Shown in pieces: positions 1 through 12,592 of a stretch of 39,602 bases of DNA. Both the position numbers and the translations under genes were made by a program. Location: positions 186,445 through 226,046 of the forward strand of contig WELA01001243.1 of NCBI GenBank assembly GCA_009602735.1, read 5' to 3'. The notes below the pieces were generated by a model. The model was given only the letters and a program-made list of their open reading frames with translations. It was not told the origin of the DNA and did no database searches. Origin of the DNA: Mesotaenium endlicherianum (taxonomy: Eukaryota). Every line of letters starts with the position of its first letter. Positions within the stretch are counted from its first letter, which is position 1.

Positions 1-608
1 ATCTCGACACCGTGAACACGTGACAAGTGTTGCTCTCCGAAAAGTACTCCGCGGGGATCATATCGTGAACCCAACCTCTGTAATTTCACCTCTTCTTGCG
101 ATGTCGATGCACCCCAGAAATCGACGACCTACCTTGTCCGTGGTGGTTAGCATCAGCGACGAGTTTGCTATAGTGATGCTATGGTTGTCCTAGCGAGGTG
201 TTTGCGTACAAGAGAAGTCCTCCATGTGGAAGCCCGGCACTCTCTTCATCGACGTGACGTCACTCACGCCGCAGATATGCTTTTGCCAGCTTTCTCAACC
301 TTGATAGTACTCACATGGGCGTGTTCCATTCTGTGCAACAATTCTTCTCTTGGTAACCTCGCATCCACAGCCATGGCCATACACGGAAGCGCGTGGCCGG
401 ATCTTACGTCTTCCTCCCAGCTGGTGAATGCTTACTGATGCACTTCCCAAGGGCCATGCACATGCAACATTGGACCGGCTACGGTCCACGTCAGCCTTCC
501 GCCACACCCTTTCTATCTGACACCCACTGCCACCAGCTGTCTGCTCGTGGGGGTGCACAATATTGCTTCTCCTAAGGACCGGGGGAAGCGATTTGAATAA
601 CAGCAACT

Positions 609-850
609 TGATGCCTTAACTTGCTTGTGCTTGTGCTTGCTCCCTTCCTCCTGCAGAGGGCAAGGGGGGCATGTTCTGGCAAAAGGACAATCTGATTGTG
701 CGTGTGCTCGCTCTCTTGCTCCTCCTGCAGAAGGCCAGGGGGGGGGGATTTTCTGCACGAACGGCAGTCTGATGCTTTTGCTCGTCGTGCCTGTGCTTGC
801 TTGCTCCCTCCTGCAGAGGGCAAGGGCGGGATGTTCTGGATGAACGAGCG
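609..850 (+). repeat. Three tandem degenerate copies (~75-85 bp) of a 3' splice site plus exon start
   Basis: TGAT...pyrimidine tract...CCTCCTGCAG|A(G/A)GG with AG at 655-656, 729-730 and 815-816; copies read EGKGGMFW, EGQGGGIFC, EGKGGMFW. Confidence 0.75.
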
Positions 851-3158
851 GCCGGCGAACGTGGAGGTGGCGCTCACGATCGTCGCGCATGCGCACATGG
901 CATGGAAGGTGCTCCACGACCAGAAGATGCTGCCGGGGACCTCTGCCTCAGCAGCCGACGCGCGGCGCACTGCGGGGCTGCCAGCGTATGAGTGCCGTAC
1001 AACCCGCAGGCGCCTGAGCGAGAGCGAGGCCCCCCCAGACCTGCCCGAGCTCCTCGAGGGCGTCAGGGACGCGTACCCTCTCAACCTGCAGCGCACGCGG
1101 CCGGGCAAGCGGGGCAGCAGCCTGGACCTAGCTCCCGGCGCGAGCACGCCCCCCTGGAGTGTCGTCAGCGAGTGGAAGAAGGGGGCGCCGATACAGGTGG
1201 CGGACACCAGGCGGCCCACGGCGGTCCCGCCGTGCACGCCCAAGACGGACCCGAGCCCGAGGGTAAAGCGCGACATGACGCGCGAAGGGCACGGCGGCGG
1301 CGGTGCCTCCCGTGACAGAGGCAGCGCCGGGGGGGAGCCTGCTGGTGGGGGGGGCTCAGCCTCCTCTTCGCCCGTGAGGGCGTGGCCTCCTCCCGCAGCT
1401 TTCAGGGGGAGTGTGCCGGCCTGGGATGACAGGGACAGCCTTGCCGCGCTGTTCCACCTCCAGCAGCAGCAGCGGGCAGAAGCGGCCGAAAGGGCCGATT
1501 TGGCGCAGGAGTGGCGTGACAGGGGGATCGAAGCGGGCGGCGGCAGCGGCGACGGTGACAAGCACCTCCTTCAGGGTGAGAAGCAGCAACAGCAGCAGCC
1601 GAAGCAGCTCAGCGGGTACGGCCATGGCCTGAGGAGAGCGCGGAGCGGCGCTGAGCTTCTCTCGCCCCTCAGTCCAGATGCGGCCAGCCCCCCCCCCTCG
1701 TTTAACCCCTCCAGCGGCCCCTCTCCCTCTGTGCTGGACTTGCGGGTGTTGCTGGCATCCCCACAGAGGCCCCGGCCGCCCAACAGGACGCACGAGAGGG
1801 GCCCCCTGGGATGGGTGAGGGGGTCCGAAGAGCTGCTGCCCAACGTGCCTGGCAGCCGCCAAACTAGCCCCAGCCACACGCCCCTTTCCTCCAGCGGTCA
1901 CGGCAGCCCGAGACAGCAAGGAGGGGTGGGCGGCAGCAGCAGCCAGTGGGGCAGCCCCACAGTCCGCTCGGGGGGCAGCTCCCACCAGACGAGCCCCAGC
2001 CGTCAGCCCTGCAGCGCGCAGAGCAGCCCCAGGCCCATCACTTGCGCGTCGTTGTCCCAGCGCCACGTCATGTTTGCCCCCGACGAGCCCCCGGCGGAGG
2101 CTGCCCGCTGGGCGTCAGGCCCCCCGACGGCGGCAGCTGCGGCGTTGGTGTCATCTTCCGCCGCAGCCGTAGCGGCCCACAGCACTTGGGAGGCGCTGGA
2201 CGCGCTCGTCATGTCGTCATTGGACGACTGCCAGTACGCGCTCGACTCTCCGCCCCGGCAGCAGGACGCGTCGCTGCTGAGGCCTGCCTCTGAGAGGGCG
2301 TGTGAGGCCAGCGGCTGCAGAGCTGGCGGGGGAGGAGGCGGCGCGTCTCGAGAGCCTGCCCCCTATGTCCGCCAAGGGATGCCATTTGCAGACTTCAAGT
2401 CCAAGAAGGACTTGAAGAAGCTTCCTACGTTTCCGAACCACCAACGCGAGGAGGGGCTGGCTACCTCCGCCGCCACCACCACCACCACCAGCAGCAGCAG
2501 CAGCATCAGGAGGGGGGCCAGTGGAGAGCATTACCACCAGGCTAACGGGAATAGCTATACGAGGGAGAGCTCCCACAGCTCAGAGATTCACCCCAGCAAA
2601 AGCACATGGGGGGGCGCCCGGGATGTGTGGGGCAACAGCGCTGGCTCGCCTGCCAGGAGACGGCCGGAAGCTCCCCACTCTCACTCGTTATCGCCTGCGA
2701 AGTACAACGGCGGTTTGAGCACAGGCGCCGTAAAGAACCTGCAGAAGTCGCTGTCATCGTCGCGCATTCAGGCGCCGCCCCTGCCGCCCGCGCAGATGCG
2801 CGTGGTGGAGGTGGAGGAGGAGTGGGAGATCAAGCAGGAGGTGCGCTACTCTCTAAGGCGGCGGAGCAGCATGCCCGAGTGCGACATACAGGCAGAGGCG
2901 GCCGCCGCCCTGTGGCAGGCCCAGCAGAACGGGCCCGACGTGCGTGACACGCAGCTCAATCTGGAGGAGAGCGACTTCTTCCGGAGCAGCAGGAGGGGGC
3001 GCACGCACTCGCGCCGGAGGAGTCTGCCAGAGGGATGCGCAATGCAGGACATCCTCGCGGCGCGGGAGGTCACGTGCGCGATGCAGGACATTCTTCTTGC
3101 CGGGAGGGAGGCTGGGGAACAGTTGCGGACCTTCGATGCCACAGGAGGCCTTCGGTGA
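817..3158 (+). CDS. Large terminal exon of an unidentified host gene; mostly low-complexity/disordered protein (Ser/Pro/Gly/Gln-rich), upstream exons not located
   Basis: Stop-free 2.4-kb GC-rich frame (ORF 696-3158) ending TGA before an AT-richer 3' region; pyrimidine tract + CTGCAG acceptor at 811-816 opens the frame EGKGGMFWMNERPANVEVALTIVAHAHMAWKVL; no family recognised. Confidence 0.65.
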
Positions 3159-3296
3159 GTGATTAGGAGGCGGGAGTGGCGAATCGATAGAGCATTTTCA
3201 ATTTATATAACCTGCCCCCTAACAGTGACCTGATATCATTGTTAACTTATGGGCATGGTTTTGTTGTAGAGAGACTGTAGCTACTGTATTTTACCT

Positions 3297-3342
3297 TGTA
3301 CAATGTACTAGGATGTTGATGTACAATGTACTAGGATGTTGA
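3297..3342. repeat. 23-bp perfect tandem duplication in probable 3' UTR
   Basis: TGTACAATGTACTAGGATGTTGA x2. Confidence 0.8.
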
Positions 3343-4714
3343 TGTGAGGTGTCCCTGAGGAGATTATTGTGGGCCCCGTGCTTTGCAACATGCTGCTTTG
3401 ATCTGTAGGCTTTGTAGTTTTATGGGAGTTTAGGATGAGCTAGAGTAGCAGATTTTGACATGCCACTTCTGCTTTCGGCCAACAATAAGAGAGCGTTCTT
3501 AGAGTGGTTATGTTAGTGGTTGGGAACTTTGTCTGCTTTTTCCAGCAGTGAGCTCTGGCTGAAACTTTTGTAGTACCTATCTTTGCCAAAAAGATTCAGG
3601 CACGAAAGGACACACTTTATGGTACTCATCCTTAGTGCATGCATGTTTCAAAAACATCAACGGCGCTTATGCTTGCCAGTTACTTCCTTGGTTTGGGATG
3701 AGCAAATTCCGGCGGAGTATGTCGTGGTTGATTTGCAAGCATAATGTGTCATATTATTGGAACAAGTCCAACAACATACTTGATTTATTCGTCGAGTGCC
3801 TGAGTCATGTGGAGCTCGTAGAGTTTAGCAAAGTAGCCACGATTTTTTCCAAGGCAATCCAGTTGCTGCAAATTGACAGTCTTGAGCCCGAAGTCGAGAA
3901 CATGGTTGACCTGGGTTCACAAATAATTGCCATGGGTATTTTCTGCATGCACATCCAGGAACCATTTGGCGCGTACGCGATGACTAGCTAGAGCTGAGCT
4001 AGAGGTGGTCTCGGGTGGTGTGTAGCCAGTTTATAAATATAAAAACTCCATCGTGGTTATTGTAATGCATGCAATTGGAGTTCGTACCGTGAGAAAACAT
4101 AAAATTCAGAGCATATTAGAACGGTATAAGCAGGTGTACATAAATATTAATGGCACCATACAAAATCGCTCGGGGTCAGAAGTGCTGACAGGAGCTGACT
4201 CCGCAATGTCACAGGAGGAACGACCAACCAATTAAAATAACACGATTGGAATCGATCGAAAGCTTGAGGATACGGTCTAAAAAATATAGATAAGCATAAT
4301 CTGTGCCAATTTGGGCATCATATGAAGCGATATCAAGGGCATTTCAAAGTTCTACATCATTTCATTTGGCTTACATGAGCATGCAATGTAACCTGGTCAC
4401 AAATGCCCATGATCTCGCACGCACGACAGGCTCCCCCACCCCCTGTTCCATATCCTACTCTTCACTAGTGTGGCTCATAGTTCAGCTTAAATTAGAAAAG
4501 CTGATAGCATATGCAGGAGCAAAACTTGCACTTCCATTTTTGGTTCACCTTGTACAGTGGCCCCTACCGCTGTTCTTTGTTCCTGTCTGATGCGCGCCAT
4601 TCTTGAACTACCCTAGAAGATAAATTTGTGAAATGCTTATTGGTAGTCTCCCGCTTGGCCTAACATGACAAAATCAGTAGAGGAATCAAGCTAATTGTGA
4701 CCATCAGAGTCGAC

Positions 4715-5380
4715 ATGGCTGCTGCTGTCCGGGGTAGTCACTTCATTGTACAAGCTCAGAACTTTCACTCCCTACCGTGTAAAAGTCTGGTCAGATCTTC
4801 TGTACAGCTAAATGCTGGGCAATATTATGCTTCTTTTCACACAGAGATTACATCTGCTTTCTTTGGCATAAGAAGCTTTAGATCAAGTCCTAGTGTATCG
4901 AATACGCTATGCAACGTATCAGGATGGTTGCATGAAGAGAAAAATGTGACAACATCATCACGCCAGAGCTATCGTAGTGAGAATGTACGAGGACAAACAG
5001 CAGCGAGGGCCACCTTAGCTTCCTCGGCTTCGTCACCTAAATATATCCCTTTGTACACAGTTGCGCTTGTGGCCTTTTCTCTAGTCAGAGTATTACTTAA
5101 AGTCTTCAGACAAGGTAGCCTCCAAGGGAAGCAGAGCAAGCAATTGCGGCAAGGAAAGGATCTGGCAAACGGAGGGAGTGGAGATGCAGACTGGCTCCCT
5201 CAAGAGCAAGAAAATATTGGGAAACAGCTCCTGCATCAGGGAGGGCTAGGATTGGCTCTGCTGACGGCTTCAATGCCAAATGCAGCCCGAGAGCACTTTA
5301 GTCCGCTAATCGCTGGGTTAAGAGCAAACCCTACATTTATGTCAGCCCTCATTGCTTGGACCCTTGCCCAAGTTCTCAAG
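4715..5380 (+). CDS. DUF212 (acid phosphatase/vanadium-dependent haloperoxidase-related, divergent PAP2) gene, coding exon 1; probable plastid transit peptide
   Basis: ATG 4715, Ser/Arg-rich N-terminus, ends NPTFMSALIAWTLAQVLK at donor AAG|GTATGC (5381). Confidence 0.8.
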
Positions 5381-6308
5381 GTATGCTCTTGCTGGAGCTG
5401 ACAAGCTGGCTTCTGAGTGAAGCAGCTCATGTAACCGGGTAGTTTAAGCGTAGAAGCTGCTTCTGGGATAGAATGGGCTAAGATCACTGAAGTTACTGTA
5501 CTGTCCATGATCACAGTGTGTTCTAGTATGTTTCTGTTACCTACACTCTTTAATAAAAAAGTAACCACTACTTGTAACAGTTCCTGCAGTAATTGTGAAA
5601 CGTAATTAGAGCCCTTTCTTTTCTCTATGTTGCTAGAATACACTGTTAGAGAACTAGTGACTGATCTGACAATGGAACCCGTTCGTATGTAGGGGCATTG
5701 GCCTATACAATAGCTGTCTCTTGGACGAGGCTGCAGTATGAGTGATTGTGATTCTCAAAGCTTGACTTAGGGCGTCCCATGTGCATCAGACCCTCTGTCA
5801 GATTCGTGAATAGTCGTAGTCTTCTTATTCTTCCTGTTCTACCTGAAGAGCAACTTCCTTGCTTTTTGGACTACCAAAGGCTTGCTGCTATGACCACCAG
5901 GGGGCATGCTCATCATTCACACAAGAGTTTGCCGCAGTATACTTTTTGCATGAAGGCTGGCGTGAAGGGGCAATCTGTATACAGGGCTTCACTTCATGGA
6001 AGACTCGGCATGTGCTTTGTTATATGGCAATGGCTTGCGACAATCCTTGCATGCAATTTCTTGCGTGCACTCAGTGTGTGCGTATATAAGTGTGTACATA
6101 TTCATGCATATGTTCAGCAGCTTGTAAATACTGACTTTATCTGGCTTGTACGTAGCTGCTTAATCCCTGGACTAAGGAAGCAAGCAATCTGTGCCTTGAG
6201 GCAATGGTGGAGGTAGCTTGAGTGCGCCCATCACAATTAGCAAGAGAGGCCTGCATTCATTGATCTGAAGGGCACCTCTCTGCATATCTCGTGCCGGTAA
6301 ATGTGCAG

Positions 6309-6530
6309 GTGTTCACGACATATGCTGTGGAGAGAAGGTGGGATCCCAAAATGCTGATGGGGTCAGGAGGCATGCCATCCTCCCACTCAGCCCTGTGCTT
6401 AGCGCTGACGACATCTGTGGCCCTCACTCATGGCGTGACTGGGCCCCTGTTCCCCGTCTGCTTGGGTTTCAGCCTCATAGTGATGTATGACGCGACAGGT
6501 GTGCGCTACCATGCTGGCATGCAGGCTGAG
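6309..6530 (+). CDS. DUF212 gene, coding exon 2
   Basis: Acceptor TGCAG|GTG, family motifs SGGMPSSHSA and VMYDATGVR, donor GAG|GTGAGA (6531); phase 0. Confidence 0.93.
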
Positions 6531-7398
6531 GTGAGAACGAACAGCCTCCTTCTCCTGAGACTTGTACAACCTTTTTAAGTCTGGGGAAAACGTGCAGCAC
6601 CTTCCGTCACTGCCCTACAGACCCCCTTGTCTCTTCGTGATGAGTGGGAATGGGGGCCGGCGTGGGGACGCTCCATAAGGAGCTGAATTTAAACATGCTT
6701 TGTGATAGGTGAGAAGATTGTGAGCAAGGTATTGAGCAGTGTAGTAAAGAGGTTGTCTGGGACATTCAGTGTGGTGGCTCCTCGAATGAACAAAGTGTCT
6801 TTGAATGGATTTGGGGTACTAGGTACCCGGAAGTAGAAGCCTTTGAGTCTTTTTGAGTTGAAGCATCTGTGCATCGTTTTGCAAGCGTCCACTTAGGGAG
6901 AGGGCCAACTCTCGGAAGTCGCAAGTTGGCCCTTCAAGGCATTTGAGACTCGTTCCAGCTATTCCGTTGCACATGTCACATATCTGACGATCCTGCTCAG
7001 TTCGATTGACTCCATTGCGCTCATTCAGCTGCAATCAACCCAGCTATGCATGTTGTCCCTGTCTTTGTTGCGAGTAACACACTTTATCCATGTTTTAGTT
7101 GCTCATGCGCTCCTATGTGTCCTACTTGAGCTTTCCAAGGGCAAGGAGTTCCCGCTTGGGTAATCTACTAGGTACTGCTCTTCAGCCTATTGAGGCAGTT
7201 GTGCAGACGGGTGGAGGCTACATGTCCACATGAGTCTTGCTCTTTGCAGTGTATCGGGTCTAGGTTCTGTCGTGCGTTGGGGTCGCGGCTTGAGAGGAGC
7301 TACATTGTGTTGTATAATGTGGCATGTGGTATTGCTGTTGAATGACTATAGGTTGCTTCCTTCATGCGCTAAGAGCGTCTTGTGCTTTTTCCTGCCAG

Positions 7399-7566
7399 GT
7401 GCTGAATGTAATTGTGCAAGACCTTTTCCAAGGCCATCCAGTGAGTCAGAAGAAGCTCAAGGAGCTGCTTGGCCATACCCCTCTTCAAGTCGGAGCAGGA
7501 GCTGTTCTTGGTGCCGTTGTGTCATACTTCTACAACACAAGCACTTTGGCCGCAGTGGTGGTATAA
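7399..7566 (+). CDS. DUF212 gene, coding exon 3 (total about 351 aa)
   Basis: Acceptor TTTTTCCTGCCAG|GTG, motif LKELLGHTPLQVGAGAVLG, TAA at 7564-7566. Confidence 0.92.
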   Translation: MLNVIVQDLFQGHPVSQKKLKELLGHTPLQVGAGAVLGAVVSYFYNTSTLAAVVV

Positions 7567-9741
7567 AGTAGGGCGCACAGGCACCCTCTGGTCTCTTATA
7601 CTGCACCGAGTTGATGTATTTCATTTTTTTGTATCCACGCTCGTACCAATGTATGGGGATTGATTTTTGCGGATGTTAGCAACTTCTTGCAGATTTCAGT
7701 GTGTAGCAAGTTTGTGCAGCTATTATCAGATTTGTTGAGCAAATCAGGTCACCTTCATTTTTACATGTCTTCTCCATATGCATGCTTCCAACTGGAAAAG
7801 TTGGGCTTCTTGTGTGCATGTTGCCGCGTTACACTAAGTCCACGTCAGATTACGACGAGTCATGACGACATTCTCCTTGCATATGGTCAATTCTAAATTT
7901 AATCCAGCCAAGTTCTTAAGAGCCTTCACAAATACCGGAGGCCTTTGAGGAGTAAGGTGGTCCATGCGAGGAAACTAGTACATACTTTCACCTAACTAGG
8001 GGTAATCAACCAAGCGGATCTGAATGAAATACTCTTATGCCGCAAATGCTTGGGGGAAGATGAAGGCTTGATTCATCTTGTCTAATTAAGTGGTTTCTTC
8101 TTCATTCTATCTATGTTATGCGGCATGTCAACATTTTCTTTGTGGGATGCTTCCGGGTTATAGTAATGTTCGGGACATACTTTCATATGAGTGATGCATT
8201 CGATTAGTGTTCATAAAAGCAATTTCATCAATTTATCTGAGAGTATCTTAACCTACCATCCTGATGCATTGTTAGTATGCAAGGATGCATCAGGTAACTT
8301 GATGGTTGTGGATGCATTTGAATATTTTTTTAATGGAACAAGTTAATCTGCAACGTACTCATGTATCTACAATGTAAATTTGGGATCAATAACAAAATAG
8401 CGTGCAAGTCAATTTACATACTAAATGGACTCACATGTTGTGCACGCAGTCCGTCTATACCTGAACAATTATAGTCTTGAAGCACACACTTGATTGGAAT
8501 GTGCTTTTCTTGACAATGGGCCTCAGACGATAATCATGGTATGAAAATGTATCATATAAAGTATATGACGCAAAGGGACAAAGCAAATAAGGCTACTCTC
8601 ACTTTTGAGTGAAAGGCAAAACAACGTGGAAGAAAACCACTAGAAAAGATGTCTGGTCTATTCATCTACTTTAATAACATCGAGAAGTTAAAAAAGGTTG
8701 TCAATGTACTCGTTAATAGCCAGCGCTTACAGTGATTTGCTTTTCTATCATTTATTTCTATATTTTTGAGACTTTTGTTGAGCAGAGGTTGCATTTGTTG
8801 AACAAACACAACACCAGCCGTTCACCTTCATTCTTTGATTGGTTGTAAGCTGTCAATCTTGCTTCAATATATGGTGAATGTATGCTTGAGTGCGCATAGT
8901 GAGCATCTTAATGTAAGGGAATCGTCATGGGCCGGGACAACGAGCAACATCAAATAGGAGCATATGTCAATCTAACAGGGCAACAGGAGCCTTGTGATGC
9001 AACATTGTTAGAATTGCTGAAGTGAAGGGACTCTAAGACTCTAAGTACATTGCAGGCCTGTCGCCCCAAAGCAGGGACCCTAGTTTGATAATTCTCTCGC
9101 GTTCGAATTCGTGAGGGACGTGTAACACCACATATTTTTGACGGCCTTGTAATTTTGAAAGTTTAATTACTTCCAACAACTAACTTTTTGTAATTTGTCT
9201 CAAATTAAGTCGACCATTTGCAACCAACAGCGCTCGAAGTTGTAATCTAACATAAGAAGTGTTGACTGTAACAACAAAAACTGAACAAAACCAAATCTAA
9301 CGCGTATTTTTAGAATTTAATTGCATAACTCTAAAACATATGTGCTATACCGATACTTGAAATATGCATTGTTTAAGTAGGGCAAGAACTGCACGGCGAA
9401 AGACTTGGCCGGGCAGAAGAATACCAAACCAAATCTAACGGCGTGCTAAAAAAATTTGGGATACCATTGTGGCCCATCAGTGGGTCGATTGGTCAAAGGT
9501 AGATACTCAGAGTGGTAGTTCAGCACAGGAGGAGAGGAGCAAATCAAAGAGGAGCGCCGCAAAAGTTGAGACTAAAGAGAAGGAGTACTGAGTTGGGATA
9601 GTACTTAGGGAGGAAGAAGCATTGTAAACGGATTCGCATAAAGAGTAAAGTATAAACTTGCATGGCAGTTGTATATTGCTCTTGAATGAAGTGCATGATT
9701 GTCGTGTGCAAACTCGAAGTGTATTGTGCTTGCATACTTGG

Positions 9742-10460
9742 TGAAATGAATTGACTTACCAAATAGGCGATTAACAATTAATAAAGATCTTTATATCAGC
9801 AAGTAATCTTTATGGATTTTCCATTAACTGATTAAACGGCAAAAGGACAACACACTAGCAGTGAACAACACTCGTAAGTCATATGCGAGTAAACCAGCAT
9901 CAATCATGCAATCAGTAAACTCATACATAAGCAAGGTTAGAAGACAGTGCATATCAATGGCTTCTCGCCTTGGATTCAGATCTCTCTCAGTAAGCCATAC
10001 AAGAGAGTTGGCCTCGTTTCCGAATGCCAAACTCGAGAGCAATGCCTAGCATATGTACATGGAATGAGTTTAGTGTTCAACGGCCAGTGCGATGGCACCG
10101 CCTACCCGGGAGTTAACCACGTTGGTACGACCTCGGTTGACCAAATCCACCGCCATCTCCCATCATCCCGAATCGCCATCTATCATAGGGATGTTATCTG
10201 GCCATTCATCTAGCATACCACACTTACATGCATATCGAGGCAGTCGCTGCTACCGAGTACGGAAGTCAGCTGGCTGTCAAAGAATGTGTCAGAAAGCTGA
10301 CTTAAGCTGACTTCAGCCTGCTGCTTTCGGCTGAGTCATTAAACTGATATTAAATATAAAGTCCAGCAGACTGATTATTAACTAGAGTTCAGAAGGCTGA
10401 ACTTATTTAACTGTTATATTTAAATGAATATTATATCAACCAATATACTGATTCAATACA
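9742..10460 (-). repeat. 3' LTR of element B (719 bp)
   Basis: Reverse complement of the element A LTRs; abuts PPT. Confidence 0.93.
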
Positions 10461-10496
10461 ATCCCTCCAACTTAACATGTTGTCGCCTCAACAACA
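10461..10496 (-). promoter_or_regulatory. Element B terminal PPT with upstream hairpin
   Basis: Minus strand TGTTGTTGAGGCGACAACA-TGTT-AAGTTGGAGGGAT directly before LTR TGTA. Confidence 0.85.
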
Positions 10497-10579
10497 CTGA
10501 CACAGGGTACATAGGTTTCCCCAACTGAAATTACTGATCCCTCTCCCATCCAGCATGCTATGCCCTTGGCCCTCCGCCC

Positions 10580-12244
10580 TTAGGAGGGAGATACCCCTGG
10601 GGCCCCATGGTCAGGGGAGTCAGTCCTCCTCCTGTCTTGGGGTCTTCTGAAGCCTGTCAGACATGGAGGTTCCGTGTAGGGACCCGTCGGAGAACGCAGT
10701 AACTGTGCTGTTTCCTCCTGCACGATCTGAAACTGAATGGAGGCAGCCTTCTCCTGGGCATCCCTCAAACTGACTGGTACATATACCAGCATCCCAGAAG
10801 GATGTTGCATGACATGAGCTAAGGGTACATGCCCTCTCTGCGAGGGAGATGCCGGCAGGCCTCTGGCTATATCTCTAGCAGCCCTCCTGTCTGCCCTGTC
10901 TGACTGGGTCTCCTTGCCTGGAGATGGGGTCTGTCCTCTGGCAGTTCCCAGCCAAGTGATATCCTCCTCTTCAGCGAGTTGCTGCATGGCCAACCCCGTC
11001 TTCTCCCTTATAGGGGATGTGGCAGGCGTCAGGATCACGGCGGGGCTAGTGTCCTCCTCCTCGCCTTCCTCCTCGTCTTCCTCTGACTCCTCCTCCTCTC
11101 CGTCCCCGGGTTCCTCTGAGACTTCTGGGGTCTCTTCTGTCAGCTGCTCCAGCTCTTCCCGAGAAAAAGAATATCCTACTGACCTTCCCCTTTTGGGTGC
11201 TGGTGGGGGCTGCTGAGTCCGGACCGCATAGAGGTCCTTTTCCCCCTGCTTACTTGCCCATTTGGCATAAGCGTGCTTCCCTTTTGAGAATGACTCTCGG
11301 GCCCTGCTTCTGTCCCCCTGCATCTCTTGGCTCATGCAGTCTCTGACTCCATCCAATCTTGGGTCCCAAGCCGCAATGTGAGGGGGCAATACTATGTTCC
11401 CCTTTAGGTCTGTCAGGAAATCCTCATCCGTCGCCCTGTCATTCTGCTGGTCCCTCATGTTGATGGTCATCCACCGCCAATCGGTGGGCTTTTGGAAGAA
11501 GGCAGGGTCTGTCCTTTTAAGAGTACAAGGGTACCAGTGCCCTGCAAAGTCTAGCTGCCTGGTTTCCTTGGCCAAGAATTCCCAGCTCCTTCTCACCACC
11601 TCATTATACATGGCCTTGAACCTGTTATGGGATGTAGAGTCCTTAAAGCTGTCCGCGTCCATGGGGATCATCCTGATGACCCTATCTTCCCTCCAGATAC
11701 CAGGAATCGATACAGATCCTGCTTCATTCACCTGGGCCATTGCCTTGGCCTCTCTGACCGTATACCCTACCATCCTGGCGTAATCGTGGTAGAGGAGGAG
11801 CCCCGTGCTGACCTCTATATACTTGTCAAAGTTTTCGGATGCCTCCCCTTCCCTCTGGAAGATGTCCTTTTGTGACTCACTGCGACTTCTCTGAGCATAC
11901 TTGAAGGCCTCCTCCAGTAGATCGAAGCCCTTGCCCAGTACTGTGTAGCGGTAGCTGCTGATTCTCCTCTGCTCTTCTTCCGCCTGCTGCTTCCGCTTCT
12001 CCTCAGCTTACCTCTCCTCCTCTGCTTTCTTGGCCTCCTCTGCAGCTTTTCTGTCCAGTTCTTCCTGCCTCAGTCTGGCCTGTTTCTCCTCCTCCTTCTT
12101 CTTCTGTGCCTCCCGCTGTTGTTGGAGTCGTTGTGATTCCCGAGCGGAGATGGAGGATGATTCGATGTGTCCACGGAATTGCAAGTATTCTGCATGTGCC
12201 TCTTCCGCCCTTCTCTTCCTCTTGAGTTCCGACTTTTGAGTCAT
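10580..12244 (-). pseudogene. ORF3 accessory gene of element B (554 codons, one in-frame TAA at 12008-12010)
   Basis: ORF-track frames 12008-12253 and 10580-11773 are the same frame; shares YRYTV, YNEV.RRSWE, PTDWRWMT, LPPHIA.WDPRL, FSKGKHA, GHVPLA.V.QHP.GM with element A ORF3. Confidence 0.85.
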
Positions 12245-12528
12245 CCTGCTCAATCATAAACACAATGCAGTTAGTGAAGTCATGATATTTTGCCGATACT
12301 GAGTGCCCTTGATGAAGAGGAACGCGATCGAGAGAGTTCCGAGTGTGAAATACCTGGTGTGAGTGAATATAAGGGAAAATTGAGTTAGATAGAAAGTGAG
12401 TGTGAGCGCAGGTTGAGTGTGTAATATGGTTATCAGAGATTTTCCGACTGATCCCGAAACAGAATACCACTCCCCCCAACTTAATTTTAAAGGTGGGCTG
12501 CCTGTCACAACTGTCACTAACTGTCACA

Positions 12529-12565
12529 TCCCCCTCCAACTTATATGGAGACAGGACCTCCTGTC
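12529..12565 (-). promoter_or_regulatory. Internal hairpin + PPT-like module after pol in element B
   Basis: Minus strand GACAGG-AGGT-CCTGTC then AAGTTGGAGGGGGA-TGTGACAG; a further PPT-like AAGTTGGGGGGAG at 12470-12482. Confidence 0.65.
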
Positions 12566-12592
12566 ACCTTTCCATGTCTACTGAAGGGACAG

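Noticed and set aside
572..3142. Long antisense and alternate-frame ORFs over the first gene
   Set aside because: Expected shadows of GC-rich low-complexity coding sequence.
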